Positions 9,639 to 17,388 are shown, counted from the stretch's first letter. The stretch is DNA of 64,000 nt from an uncultured Gammaproteobacteria bacterium (GCA_964486505.1 CAZAMC010000003.1:139120-203119); one strand, 5' to 3'. Made by a program: numbers and translations. The notes: generated from the letters alone by a model not told the origin.

Positions 9639-9664
9639 GCCGTCCAAGAAATTGGACGGCTTTT
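9639..9664 (+). terminator. Rho-independent terminator (between convergent genes)
   Basis: GCCGTCCA / TGGACGGC stem followed by TTTTG; the stem is nearly identical to the terminator at 8738..8770. Confidence 0.5.
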
Positions 9665-9665
9665 G

Positions 9666-10469
9666 CTACACCAACGTCACGCGATGCAACCGGACGTGTT
9701 TGCCAAACCACGACCAGGCATGCGCACGAACGGCCGGCGTGATGGAAGTGAGCACGATGCGAATGGAACGGTGCCGGCTGAGCGCCTGGGCAATCTCGGG
9801 ATGGTGGTGGAGGTAAGCCTTGAGTTTCGGGGGAACAACGGCATCCTGCGCCAGCAATCTCGTCTGCCGGGGAAAACTCTTCCGAAACGCTGCACGGAGT
9901 ATCCCGTAGTGCGTACAGCCCAAGATGACGACGTTCGGTTTGAGTCGTGCCATGGGCTGCGCGTAGAGGGGCACCAAGGCACGAGCAGTGCGTAACTCAT
10001 CATTTTCCACAAGCGGAACAAGGCGCGGCGCTGCTTGCTGCACGAGCTTCAAGTGCTCGCGCCGCTTGAAGAATTCCTTCACGTACGCGTTGGACTCTAC
10101 GGTGCTCTGCGTGGCCACCACGCCCACGGTTCTGCCAACGGACTTGGCCAGAGCGGCTTCCACGGTGGGGATTATCACCCCGAGCACGCGCCGGTTGGGG
10201 TAGTGCTTCGGCAAGTACCTCCGCTGGATTTTCCGCAACGCCTGGGCCGACGCAGTGTTGCACGCCAGAATAACAAGCACGCATCCACGCTTGAACAAGT
10301 ACTCCACGCCTTGCCGCGTGAATTGGTAAATCTCCGCCTGCGATCGGTTACCGTACGGCACGCGCGCCGTATCGCCCAGGTACACGTAATCGTACTGCGG
10401 CAGCTTCTTCTGAATACTCCGGAGCACAAATAGGCCGCCCAGCCCAGAATCAAAAATGCCAATCTTCAT
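9666..10469 (-). CDS. murI: Glutamate racemase
   Basis: MKIGIFDSGLGGLFVLRSI...YVYLGDTARVPYG...ILACNTAS...GCTHYG are the canonical MurI motifs. The upstream extension in the track ORF (to 10625) overlaps the neighbouring gene and was trimmed. Confidence 0.85.
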   Translation of the reverse strand: MKIGIFDSGLGGLFVLRSIQKKLPQYDYVYLGDTARVPYGNRSQAEIYQFTRQGVEYLFKRGCVLVILACNTASAQALRKIQRRYLPKHYPNRRVLGVIIPTVEAALAKSVGRTVGVVATQSTVESNAYVKEFFKRREHLKLVQQAAPRLVPLVENDELRTARALVPLYAQPMARLKPNVVILGCTHYGILRAAFRKSFPRQTRLLAQDAVVPPKLKAYLHHHPEIAQALSRHRSIRIVLTSITPAVRAHAWSWFGKHVRLHRVTLV

Positions 10470-10480
10470 ACCCTGACTAT

Positions 10481-10512
10481 AGCAAAAGCCATCCAGACAC
10501 CTGGATGGCTTT
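10481..10512 (-). terminator. Rho-independent terminator for the IMPase-family gene
   Basis: AGCCATCCAG / CTGGATGGCT stem with loop ACAC; the minus strand continues with TTTTGC. Confidence 0.45.
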
Positions 10513-10525
10513 GCAAGGTACGTGG

Positions 10526-11299
10526 TCAACGGAACAGATTTAGGAGCTCGTCGTGGACTTTTCCGTTCGAAGCAATGATGCTCGTGGTCTTTACCGAGAT
10601 GGACTCTCCATGAATATCTGTGCACCGCCCACCCGCTGCTTCAATAATTGCGGCGAGCGCGGCGATATCCCAGACTTTTATACCGATCTCCACAACGGCC
10701 TCAATCCGGCCACTCGCCACCAAATGGTACGGCCAGACATCGCCGAAGGCTCGGAGACGCCCCGCAGTACGGATGAGCTGCTCTAGCGCTGCTCCCTGCT
10801 TTCGACCGTAGAACTGCTTCATGCCGGCAATGCTCACCGTGCTCTCGCGAAGCAGCGGAATGTCGGAGACGTTCACCCGTGCGCCGTTCAGGCACGCGCC
10901 TTCGCCCACCTCACCCCATAGCAGCTCCTGCATACCCGGAACGTTCGATACGCCGAGATCGCACATCCCATCGTGCAACAAGCCAATTAAAATTCCGAAG
11001 AGCGGAATGCGACGAATGAAATTCTTCGTCCCGTCAATTGGATCAACGACCCATACGAACGAAGCATCGGCATGTGAAGTCCCCGACTCTTCGCCAAGGA
11101 AGCCATATTCTGGGAATGCCCGGCCGAGTAACTCGCAAATCAAAGCCTCTGCCTCTCGATCGGCAATGGTCACTGGCGTCGCATCTGCTTTGCGCTCCAC
11201 GGCGGCGCCGTGCTGGTAGTAGCGCATCACAAGGTCTGCAGCCCGGCACGAGGCTTCTAGCGCGGCGTGCACTGCTGTTGAAAAATTACTCTGTGTCAT
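10526..11299 (-). CDS. Inositol monophosphatase family protein (SuhB/HisN-like)
   Basis: Carries the IMPase motifs: FLGEE, WVVDPIDGTKNFIRRIP, and a WD..A motif near the C-terminus. Confidence 0.8.
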   Translation of the reverse strand: MTQSNFSTAVHAALEASCRAADLVMRYYQHGAAVERKADATPVTIADREAEALICELLGRAFPEYGFLGEESGTSHADASFVWVVDPIDGTKNFIRRIPLFGILIGLLHDGMCDLGVSNVPGMQELLWGEVGEGACLNGARVNVSDIPLLRESTVSIAGMKQFYGRKQGAALEQLIRTAGRLRAFGDVWPYHLVASGRIEAVVEIGIKVWDIAALAAIIEAAGGRCTDIHGESISVKTTSIIASNGKVHDELLNLFR

Positions 11300-11418
11300 C
11301 AGTTCTCCTTTGTACTTTCTGTGTTCCCTGCACCTTAGGCCGCAGGCGGAGCATTGTCAAAAGCCGCCCAAAATTTTTGGCTGGCTTTTCCCTATCGGTC
11401 ATTGCGAGCCCAGAGGGG

Positions 11419-12051
11419 TTACTTCACCAACCCCGTGACCGCTGTTGCCTCAATGCTCACCCAATGCACATCACGGCGCTTCCCTTGATCCGCAAACATC
11501 CGGGATGATTGAATACTAAAGCCGGCATGCCGAAGCAGGCTTTCCATCTCCTTCTTCGTAAAGTACGTAAAGAATCGGGGGAGTTTAGACAATGTATCGG
11601 TCACCCACCCAGAACCTCTACCAACCTTCACCCGCACATGCAGGCAGCCACCGGGGACAAGAACCTTCTGCAAACGTCGGAGAACGGGGGGAACATCTTG
11701 CCGCTGCAAATGCAGGAGCACGGCGTTCGCCCAAACCGCATCAAAGGACTTCGGCGGAAAGGCCAACTTCCGGACATCCATGAAAATGAATCGCCCTTTC
11801 GGTACTCGCTTCTTTGCAAGCGCCAGGAGGGTTGTACTCGTATCAATACCGGTGACGCGTAGCCCTTCCTTCACAAAATACTGGGCATCACGTCCACCGG
11901 CACAGCCCACTTCCAAAACCCGTGATCCTTTGGCCAACGTCTTTGCAAACGCCTTCCGCTCCTCTGGGACAAGCGGTTCAATGGAGCGCACGTATGCACG
12001 CCCCAACGTGTTGTAGGTCTTCCGCGTCTCCTCGTAAACCGAGGCAGGCAT
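11419..12051 (-). CDS. Class I SAM-dependent methyltransferase
   Basis: Motif I VLEVGCAGGRD, and a Methyltransf_11/25-like layout. Its start overlaps the gdh stop (TAATG). Confidence 0.75.
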   Translation of the reverse strand: MPASVYEETRKTYNTLGRAYVRSIEPLVPEERKAFAKTLAKGSRVLEVGCAGGRDAQYFVKEGLRVTGIDTSTTLLALAKKRVPKGRFIFMDVRKLAFPPKSFDAVWANAVLLHLQRQDVPPVLRRLQKVLVPGGCLHVRVKVGRGSGWVTDTLSKLPRFFTYFTKKEMESLLRHAGFSIQSSRMFADQGKRRDVHWVSIEATAVTGLVK

Positions 12052-13325
12052 TACTTCACTAGCCCCCGCGCCTTCATGGCGTCTTCCACACGCTTCAAGG
12101 CCACAATGTACGCACCAGTGCGCAGGTCAACCTTATGCTTCTCGGCGGCGGCCCACACGTCGTTGAAGCTCGTGGTCATCACCTGCCGTAACTTCGTGAA
12201 CACTTCTTCCTTGGTCCAGTACGCCCCGCCAAGATTCTGCGCCCACTCGAAGTAGCTCACGGTCACACCGCCGGCGTTAGCCAAAATGTCTGGCACTACT
12301 GGAATCTTGCGGCGGAAAAGTTTCTCATCAGCATCCGGCGTGAGCGGGCCGTTGGCCATCTCCACAATTGCCTTCGCCTTAATCTTCCCGACGTTCTTCC
12401 CAGTAATGACGTTCTCCAGCGCGGCAGGAATGAGCACGTCAACCTTCAGCTGCAAGAGTTGATCGTTGGTAATCTGCTTGTAGTTCTCGCAGTCACACAC
12501 CGAGCCAATGCAGTAACACCCGTCAATCATCCCTTTCTCCTTCTTGGCGTGCATCACGTTTCGCGGGTCCATGCCCTTGCCGCGCACATCCAAGATCCCG
12601 CCTTTGGAATCGGAGAGGGCGATAATCTTGTAGCCCAAATCGTGCAGCTTCTCCGCCACGTAGTAGCCCACGTTACCAAAACCTTGCACCGCAATGGTCG
12701 CGCCCTTCTTGAGTTTGAGTTTCTTCGCCAATTCTTCAAAGACCATAGCGCCCCCAAACCCCGTAGCTTCGGTGCGGCCTTGCGAACCGCCAATGGCCAA
12801 GGGTTTGCCGGTAAACACCGCCGGTTCCCACGCGCCCGTCAGCCGTGCATACTCGTCCACCATCCAGCCCATAATCTGCGGTGTGGTGTACACGTCCGGC
12901 GCTGGTACATCGGTGCGCGGTCCCAGGTACTTCACGAACGCCCGTACCCACGCACGGGAGAGCGCTTCAATTTCCCGGGCCGACAACTTTTTCACGTCAA
13001 CGATAATGCCGCCCTTGCCGCCACCCATGGGAATGCCAGCCACGCCCGTCTTCATGGTCATCCAGAAGGCCAGTGCCTTCACTTCGTTGAGGTCAACCTT
13101 GGGATAGTAGCGAATGCCGCCCTTGAACGGTCCGCGCGCGTCGTTGTACTGGACGCGAAAGGCGGTAAAGCTCTTCGTCGAGCCATCATCCATGGTAATG
13201 GTAAGGCTCGCTTCCATAATGCGCTGCGGTTTCTGCAACGATTCAAGAAAGCGTGGATCAAGCTGGGCAACCGCGGCAGCTTTCTTTAGCTGGCGCATTG
13301 CGTTGGCAAAAGGATTCTCGGCCAT
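12051..13325 (-). CDS. gdhA: Glutamate dehydrogenase (Glu/Leu/Phe/Val dehydrogenase family)
   Basis: 424 aa with GPFKGGIRYYP, GIPMGGGKGGIIVD, GFGNVGYY and GGVTVSYFEW, the classic GDH signatures. Confidence 0.9.
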   Translation of the reverse strand: MAENPFANAMRQLKKAAAVAQLDPRFLESLQKPQRIMEASLTITMDDGSTKSFTAFRVQYNDARGPFKGGIRYYPKVDLNEVKALAFWMTMKTGVAGIPMGGGKGGIIVDVKKLSAREIEALSRAWVRAFVKYLGPRTDVPAPDVYTTPQIMGWMVDEYARLTGAWEPAVFTGKPLAIGGSQGRTEATGFGGAMVFEELAKKLKLKKGATIAVQGFGNVGYYVAEKLHDLGYKIIALSDSKGGILDVRGKGMDPRNVMHAKKEKGMIDGCYCIGSVCDCENYKQITNDQLLQLKVDVLIPAALENVITGKNVGKIKAKAIVEMANGPLTPDADEKLFRRKIPVVPDILANAGGVTVSYFEWAQNLGGAYWTKEEVFTKLRQVMTTSFNDVWAAAEKHKVDLRTGAYIVALKRVEDAMKARGLVK

Positions 13326-13358
13326 ATGGTCGTAGGTAGTTGAGGAGGAATAGGATGA

Positions 13359-14327
13359 CTAACGTCTGGACGTGCCCCAGTCGATGCGCGCCCCCCGCTT
13401 GCCCGTAAGTTTGAGCAGGTACTGGTCAGCTTCCAAGGCGGCTTTGGCACCTTCGCCAGCCGAAATAACCACTTGCTTAAACGTAATTGTGGTAATGTCG
13501 CCCGCTGCGAATATGCCCGGTTTTGAGGTTTCGCAGTTGGGGCCAATTTTAATTTGCCCTCGGGGGTCGGTTTCCACAATACCCTTCACCCAGCCGGCTT
13601 TGGCCATGTACCCAATTTCCACAAAGACCACATCGGCAGGGATGTCTTGCAACTCCTGCGTCTTCTTGTTGAGAATCCGAATGCCGGTCACCGAGGTGTC
13701 ACCCAAAACTTCTTTCGTCTCTGCGCTATCGATGACCGAAATGTTCGAATGCTCGGTCATACGCTGGATGACAACCGTTTCCGCGGTGAGGTGTTCGTTC
13801 ACGTTGACGAGCTGCACCGTACTCGCCAGGTGTGCCAATGTAATCGCCGCTTGCACGGCCGATGAGCCGCCACCAATAACGAGAACATTCTTATCTTTGT
13901 AGTAGTGCGCTTCGCAAATTGCACAGTACAGCAAGCCCTTCCCGCTCAGCCGCTCTTCACCCGGTACGTTGAGGTGGCGATGGGAAAGACCAAAGGCGAG
14001 GATGACAACCGGTGCATCATACGACGTCGTTGCTGTGCGCACTGTGTACGTGCCGTCAGCCTTGGGTTCGAGTGCCGTTACCGTGTCAAAGGAGAACAAG
14101 GCACCGTACTTCTCGGCTTGGGCTTTGAACTTCTTCATTAAGTCCAGCCCATCAATGAACTCAATGCCTGGGTAATTCTCAATATCCGGCGTTGTGGCGG
14201 CCTGCCCGCCAACGTCCTGAGAAATGATCATAGTCTTGTACCCTCGACGGGCCGTAAACATGCCAGCCGTTAACCCGGCTGCGCCACCCCCGACGACGAT
14301 GACCTCAAACCCAGTAGGCATTTCCAT
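13359..14327 (-). CDS. Thioredoxin-reductase-like flavoprotein lacking the HRR NADPH motif (atypical CAIC redox motif)
   Basis: FAD motif VIVVGGGAAG and redox motif YCAICEAHYY (canonical is CATCDGFF); GGGSSAVQAA is present, but the HRRD/R NADPH-phosphate motif is replaced by VNVNE. Sits immediately downstream of trxA. Confidence 0.75.
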   Translation of the reverse strand: MEMPTGFEVIVVGGGAAGLTAGMFTARRGYKTMIISQDVGGQAATTPDIENYPGIEFIDGLDLMKKFKAQAEKYGALFSFDTVTALEPKADGTYTVRTATTSYDAPVVILAFGLSHRHLNVPGEERLSGKGLLYCAICEAHYYKDKNVLVIGGGSSAVQAAITLAHLASTVQLVNVNEHLTAETVVIQRMTEHSNISVIDSAETKEVLGDTSVTGIRILNKKTQELQDIPADVVFVEIGYMAKAGWVKGIVETDPRGQIKIGPNCETSKPGIFAAGDITTITFKQVVISAGEGAKAALEADQYLLKLTGKRGARIDWGTSRR

Positions 14328-14336
14328 GGCTCTAGC

Positions 14337-14660
14337 TTACAACGTTTTCTTCAGTTCCTCCATGATGGCTTGCTTCGTCTGTAATCCCGCAACCCGCCAC
14401 ACTGGCTTCCCGCCCTTGAAAATCGCCAAAGTCGGGATGCTCATGATTGCGTGGGCTTGGGCAGTGACCGGATTTTCATCTACATCAAGCTTGCAGACCT
14501 TGGCCTTATCGCCAATCTCTTTTGCAATCTCTTCCACAATTGGGCCCTGCACTTTGCACGGGCCACACCAGGTTGCCCAAAAATCTACAAGGACCGGCTT
14601 GGTGGGTTCATCAACTACCTCTTTTTGGAAGTTCTGGTCATTGAGGATCACTTCGGACAT
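14337..14660 (-). CDS. trxA: Thioredoxin
   Basis: 107 aa with the WCGPC active site (DFWATWCGPCK). Confidence 0.9.
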   Translation of the reverse strand: MSEVILNDQNFQKEVVDEPTKPVLVDFWATWCGPCKVQGPIVEEIAKEIGDKAKVCKLDVDENPVTAQAHAIMSIPTLAIFKGGKPVWRVAGLQTKQAIMEELKKTL

Positions 14661-14705
14661 ACGGGCGCGTGGGGTTAAGGAAGGGAAGGTGAGTATAGGA
14701 ATTGG

Positions 14706-15047
14706 CTACGTACCCGACAATGGTCTTTTCATGGGCAAATAGGTACGGGACCAAGAAGCCATGGCGTGCAGGACCTTCTTGAAGGCTCGCCCGCTGGGTG
14801 TCAAGCTGTATTCTACCCGGGGCGGGGCTTCGCGGAAGGTTTTCCGGCTTATCATGCCGCAGGCCTCCAGCTCGCGGAGGCGCTTGGTAAGGGTACGGCT
14901 GCTCGTCTGCCCTACGTCGGCCATGAGCTCAGAAAAACGACGTGACTTTTTCTCGGCTAAGCGCTGGAGGATAACGAACGCTTCACGATCATTTACGTAC
15001 CCGCATAACCGGTCAACTGGACATGAGCCTGATTTTAATGCTTTCAT
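14706..15047 (-). CDS. HxlR-family winged-helix transcriptional regulator
   Basis: CPVDRLCG...REAFVIL..L....RFSEL......SRTL...LRELEACGMISRK..REAPPRVEYSLTPSG matches the HxlR pattern. Confidence 0.75.
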   Translation of the reverse strand: MKALKSGSCPVDRLCGYVNDREAFVILQRLAEKKSRRFSELMADVGQTSSRTLTKRLRELEACGMISRKTFREAPPRVEYSLTPSGRAFKKVLHAMASWSRTYLPMKRPLSGT

Positions 15048-15160
15048 AAGTAAAGTATTACCTACGCGAAGTTTGTTGTCAAATGGCTGCTTCGTTGTAG
15101 TACTCTATAGGCAGCAACACCTGCTTAGATTCCTACCTTACCTGTGAGAGGAGGTGCGCT

Positions 15161-15892
15161 ATGAAACGAAAATCTATAAGTCTGTCGGTACTCTCGCTTC
15201 TTGCGATGCTCTTCATTGCTCTACCGCAAGGTAGCTTTGCTGCATCCATAGATTCTGACCAGGATGATGTTAGCAACGCTCGTGATCCATTACCCTACGA
15301 CCACGACAACGATGGCATCGTTGATAGTCGTGATACGGATGATGATGACGATGGCATCCGTGATGCACTGGAGGCACTTACGGTACGTCTCGACCACGAT
15401 AACGATGGCATTAAAGACGTTACTGACACGGACGACGACAACGACGGCGACAAAGACAAGAGTGAGCGCCGAAAGCAGTTTGACCATGACAACGATGGTA
15501 CACGAGACCTACTCGACAGCGATGACGACAACGATGGGACTCGTGACACCAGTGAACGTACGCTCACACGTCGGTATGACCATGACAACGACGGCCTCCG
15601 TGACGATCGCGATGTTGACGATGATGAAGATGGGTTAGAAGACGTAGATGATCTCTACGACTTTGACCATGACAACGACGCAGTGCGTGATGATCGCGAT
15701 ACTGACGACGATGAAGATGGAATCGAAGATTCTGAAGACTCACATGACTGGGACCATGACAATGATGGGACAGTTGATGACGAAGACTCAGATGATGATT
15801 CCGACGGCATTAGTGATACAGAGGAGGAAGACGGAGAAGAGTGGGACTATGATAACGATGGCACAGCTGACGACGAGGAAACCTCTTCCTAA
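15161..15892 (+). CDS. Secreted highly acidic repeat protein (seven DxDNDGxxD calcium-loop-like / thrombospondin-type-3-like repeats)
   Basis: RBS GAGGAGG; signal peptide MKRKSISLSVLSLLAMLFIALPQGSFAAS; then DHDNDG(I/T/L)xD...D(T/S)DDD(N/E)DG repeated 7 times, with about 45% D/E content. The coding DNA here is visibly more AT-rich than its flanks. Confidence 0.7.
   Translation: MKRKSISLSVLSLLAMLFIALPQGSFAASIDSDQDDVSNARDPLPYDHDNDGIVDSRDTDDDDDGIRDALEALTVRLDHDNDGIKDVTDTDDDNDGDKDKSERRKQFDHDNDGTRDLLDSDDDNDGTRDTSERTLTRRYDHDNDGLRDDRDVDDDEDGLEDVDDLYDFDHDNDAVRDDRDTDDDEDGIEDSEDSHDWDHDNDGTVDDEDSDDDSDGISDTEEEDGEEWDYDNDGTADDEETSS
15290..15870 (+). repeat. In-frame tandem DNA repeats (~75-90 nt units) encoding the DHDNDG...DDDxDG modules
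   Basis: Recurring gaccatgacaacgatgg...gatgacgatggcat units visible directly in the sequence. Confidence 0.55.
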
Positions 15893-15906
15893 GGAAATAA
15901 ACAATT

Positions 15907-15933
15907 GGCAGCGCAAAGCTGCCTTTTGTTTTT
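15907..15933 (+). terminator. Rho-independent terminator
   Basis: GGCAGCGCAAAGCTGCC hairpin followed by TTTTGTTTTT. Confidence 0.55.
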
Positions 15934-16016
15934 CCTGCCAAGCAGAAAGCATGTGGAGACTAGCTTTGGGAGAAGAATCTATAATCGCAAAACTAGAAGC
16001 TGTTATGGTACTTAAG

Positions 16017-16048
16017 CAAAAAACAGGACCATAGTGCGTCCTGTATTT
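16017..16048 (-). terminator. Terminator ending the minus-strand tRNA operon
   Basis: CAGGAC...GTCCTG hairpin flanked by A and T tracts, immediately 3' of tRNA-Ala(GGC). Confidence 0.5.
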
Positions 16049-16124
16049 TGGTGGACCTCAGGGGACTCGAACCCCTTACCTCTTCCATGCCATGGAAGCG
16101 CTCTACCAGATGAGCTAGAGGCCC
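16049..16124 (-). tRNA. tRNA-Ala (anticodon GGC)
   Basis: Reverse complement is GGGCCTCTAGCTCATCTGGTAGAGCGCTTCCATGGCATGGAAG...TTCGAGTCCCCTGAGGTCCACCA: cloverleaf, G3:U70 Ala identity pair, anticodon loop AT-GGC-AT, encoded CCA. Confidence 0.9.
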
Positions 16125-16150
16125 ATATTTTGCCTAACACTAGCACTTAT

Positions 16151-16178
16151 TTTCAAAATGTTCCACGTGGAACATTCT
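16151..16178. promoter_or_regulatory. Conserved element with perfect 14-bp palindrome GTTCCACGTGGAAC (copy 1), upstream of tRNA-Ala(GGC)
   Basis: ttttcaaaatGTTCCACGTGGAACattc; 27 of 28 nt identical to copy 2. Confidence 0.4.
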
Positions 16179-16285
16179 CAATGCCGGGAACCACAACTTC
16201 AGCTAGGCATAGACTTTCGGTGCACGGAGCGCACGAGTCGCAATCACTTAGGGGCTCTTACTACCTAACAAAGAAACATTCTTCT

Positions 16286-16361
16286 TGGTGGACCAAAGGG
16301 GATTCGAACCCCTGACCTCTGCAATGCGAATGCAGCGCTCTACCAGCTGAGCTATTGGCCC
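16286..16361 (-). tRNA. tRNA-Ala (anticodon CGC)
   Basis: Reverse complement is GGGCCAATAGCTCAGCTGGTAGAGCGCTGCATTCGCATTGCAG...GGTTCGAATCCCCTTTGGTCCACCA: G3:U70, anticodon CGC. Confidence 0.9.
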
Positions 16362-16376
16362 ATGGATACTAGTGAT

Positions 16377-16405
16377 TTTCAAATTGTTCCACGTGGAACA
16401 TTCCT
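16377..16405. promoter_or_regulatory. Conserved palindromic element GTTCCACGTGGAAC (copy 2), upstream of tRNA-Ala(CGC)
   Basis: ttttcaaattGTTCCACGTGGAACattcc. Confidence 0.4.
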
Positions 16406-16630
16406 TTTCATTTTTGTTTCTCAACTGTGCCCCTAACGCAAATCCTACGAGGGGAGTACACATCTGTGTGTCTAAGTGACGGATTCTTTGCCGTACAACG
16501 CGAAGGCGATCTGCCCATAACTATTCGCCCCACACCTCCCTTTGAGGGTATTAAGACACTCGCTATTTTAAGGATGACAAGTCATTACTTTTAGATGGCC
16601 CGCCATGAACCCGTGCATAGCGAGCAGTTC

Positions 16631-16705
16631 ATGGTGCCCCCGGAGGGAATTGAACCCCCATCTCTCCCTTAGGACGGGATAGCTCTATCCTTTGAGCTAC
16701 AGGGG
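16631..16705 (-). tRNA. tRNA-Arg (anticodon CCT)
   Basis: Reverse complement is GCCCCTGTAGCTCAAAGGATAGAGCTATCCCGTCCTAAGGGAG...GGGGGTTCAATTCCCTCCGGGGGCACCA: 75 nt, U33-CCT-A37. Confidence 0.85.
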
Positions 16706-16719
16706 CTAATTCTCTAGTT

Positions 16720-16905
16720 TTAGCTATTATTTAGTGTCGCAAAATATATCCAGTTTGAAACCCTATCAATTACTGTGCTCGTTTTATCGAAGTAGGCTAC
16801 TATACCAAACAGGACAGCGATACCGATAATGAGCAATCCTAACGTGCGAAGGTCGCTCCGGATAAATTTGTTTGCCGCGTGCGGCGCTGGTGAGGGTGTG
16901 TACAT
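16720..16905 (-). CDS. Possible small membrane protein (61 aa)
   Basis: One hydrophobic helix (LGLLIIGIAVLFGIVAYF); no clear RBS. Confidence 0.3.
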   Translation of the reverse strand: MYTPSPAPHAANKFIRSDLRTLGLLIIGIAVLFGIVAYFDKTSTVIDRVSNWIYFATLNNS

Positions 16906-16948
16906 AATCCACGTGAGTGTACCGTAACCAATTCTTCACAGCAATTCC

Positions 16949-16977
16949 TTTGACCACATTTCTGTTCCTAACTACAA
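16949..16977 (+). promoter_or_regulatory. Sigma70-type promoter upstream of the bactofilin gene
   Basis: TTGACC (16949-16954), a 17-nt spacer, then TACAAT (16972-16977). Confidence 0.5.
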
Positions 16978-17007
16978 TACCCTACCTCAGACTTAAACGT
17001 ATACCCT

Positions 17008-17385
17008 ATGGCAATGTTTAAAGGTGACAACTCTTCCGGGCATGAAGTTGGAACGGTTATTGGTGCAGGAGTAAAAGTTGAAGGGAACTTCACGGGCGAA
17101 GGCAACGTGGTCGTTGATGGTCAGCTGCAGGGCTCGTTAAAAACAAAACACAATGTGCAGGTGGGCGCCGGCGCGCTGGTGAAAGCGAATGTTGAGGCCC
17201 ATGACATCCAGTTAGCCGGAGAACTTCATGGAAACGTGAAGGCCACGGGGAAACTCGTCCTCGCGCCCAGCGCAAAACTTACTGGCAACGTTGAGGTAGG
17301 CTCGCTCTCAATTGCCGAAGGCGCTAGCTTCAATGGCAAGTGCGCAATGTTGAGCAGCCAAAATTCTGTCGCCGCTGTGAAGTAG
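17008..17385 (+). CDS. Bactofilin (polymer-forming cytoskeletal protein, DUF583)
   Basis: GEGNVVVDGQLQGSLKTKHNVQVGAGALVKANVEAHDIQLAGELHGNVKATGKLVLAPSAKLTGNVEV is the beta-helical bactofilin repeat pattern. Confidence 0.8.
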   Translation: MAMFKGDNSSGHEVGTVIGAGVKVEGNFTGEGNVVVDGQLQGSLKTKHNVQVGAGALVKANVEAHDIQLAGELHGNVKATGKLVLAPSAKLTGNVEVGSLSIAEGASFNGKCAMLSSQNSVAAVK

Positions 17386-17388
17386 TTC

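Noticed and set aside
9666-10625. Long N-terminal extension of murI in the track ORF
   Set aside because: The canonical MurI N-terminus MKIGIFDSG begins at 10469; the upstream 52 codons overlap the neighbouring gene's end and are not protein-like.
16248-16463. 71-aa minus ORF
   Set aside because: Lies over tRNA-Ala(CGC) and its conserved upstream element.
16441-16630. Possible ncRNA in the 190-nt ORF-free gap between tRNA-Ala(CGC) and tRNA-Arg(CCT)
   Set aside because: No recognisable conserved core (SRP, 6S, RNase P, tmRNA) and no second copy to test covariation. Most likely a spacer of the tRNA operon.
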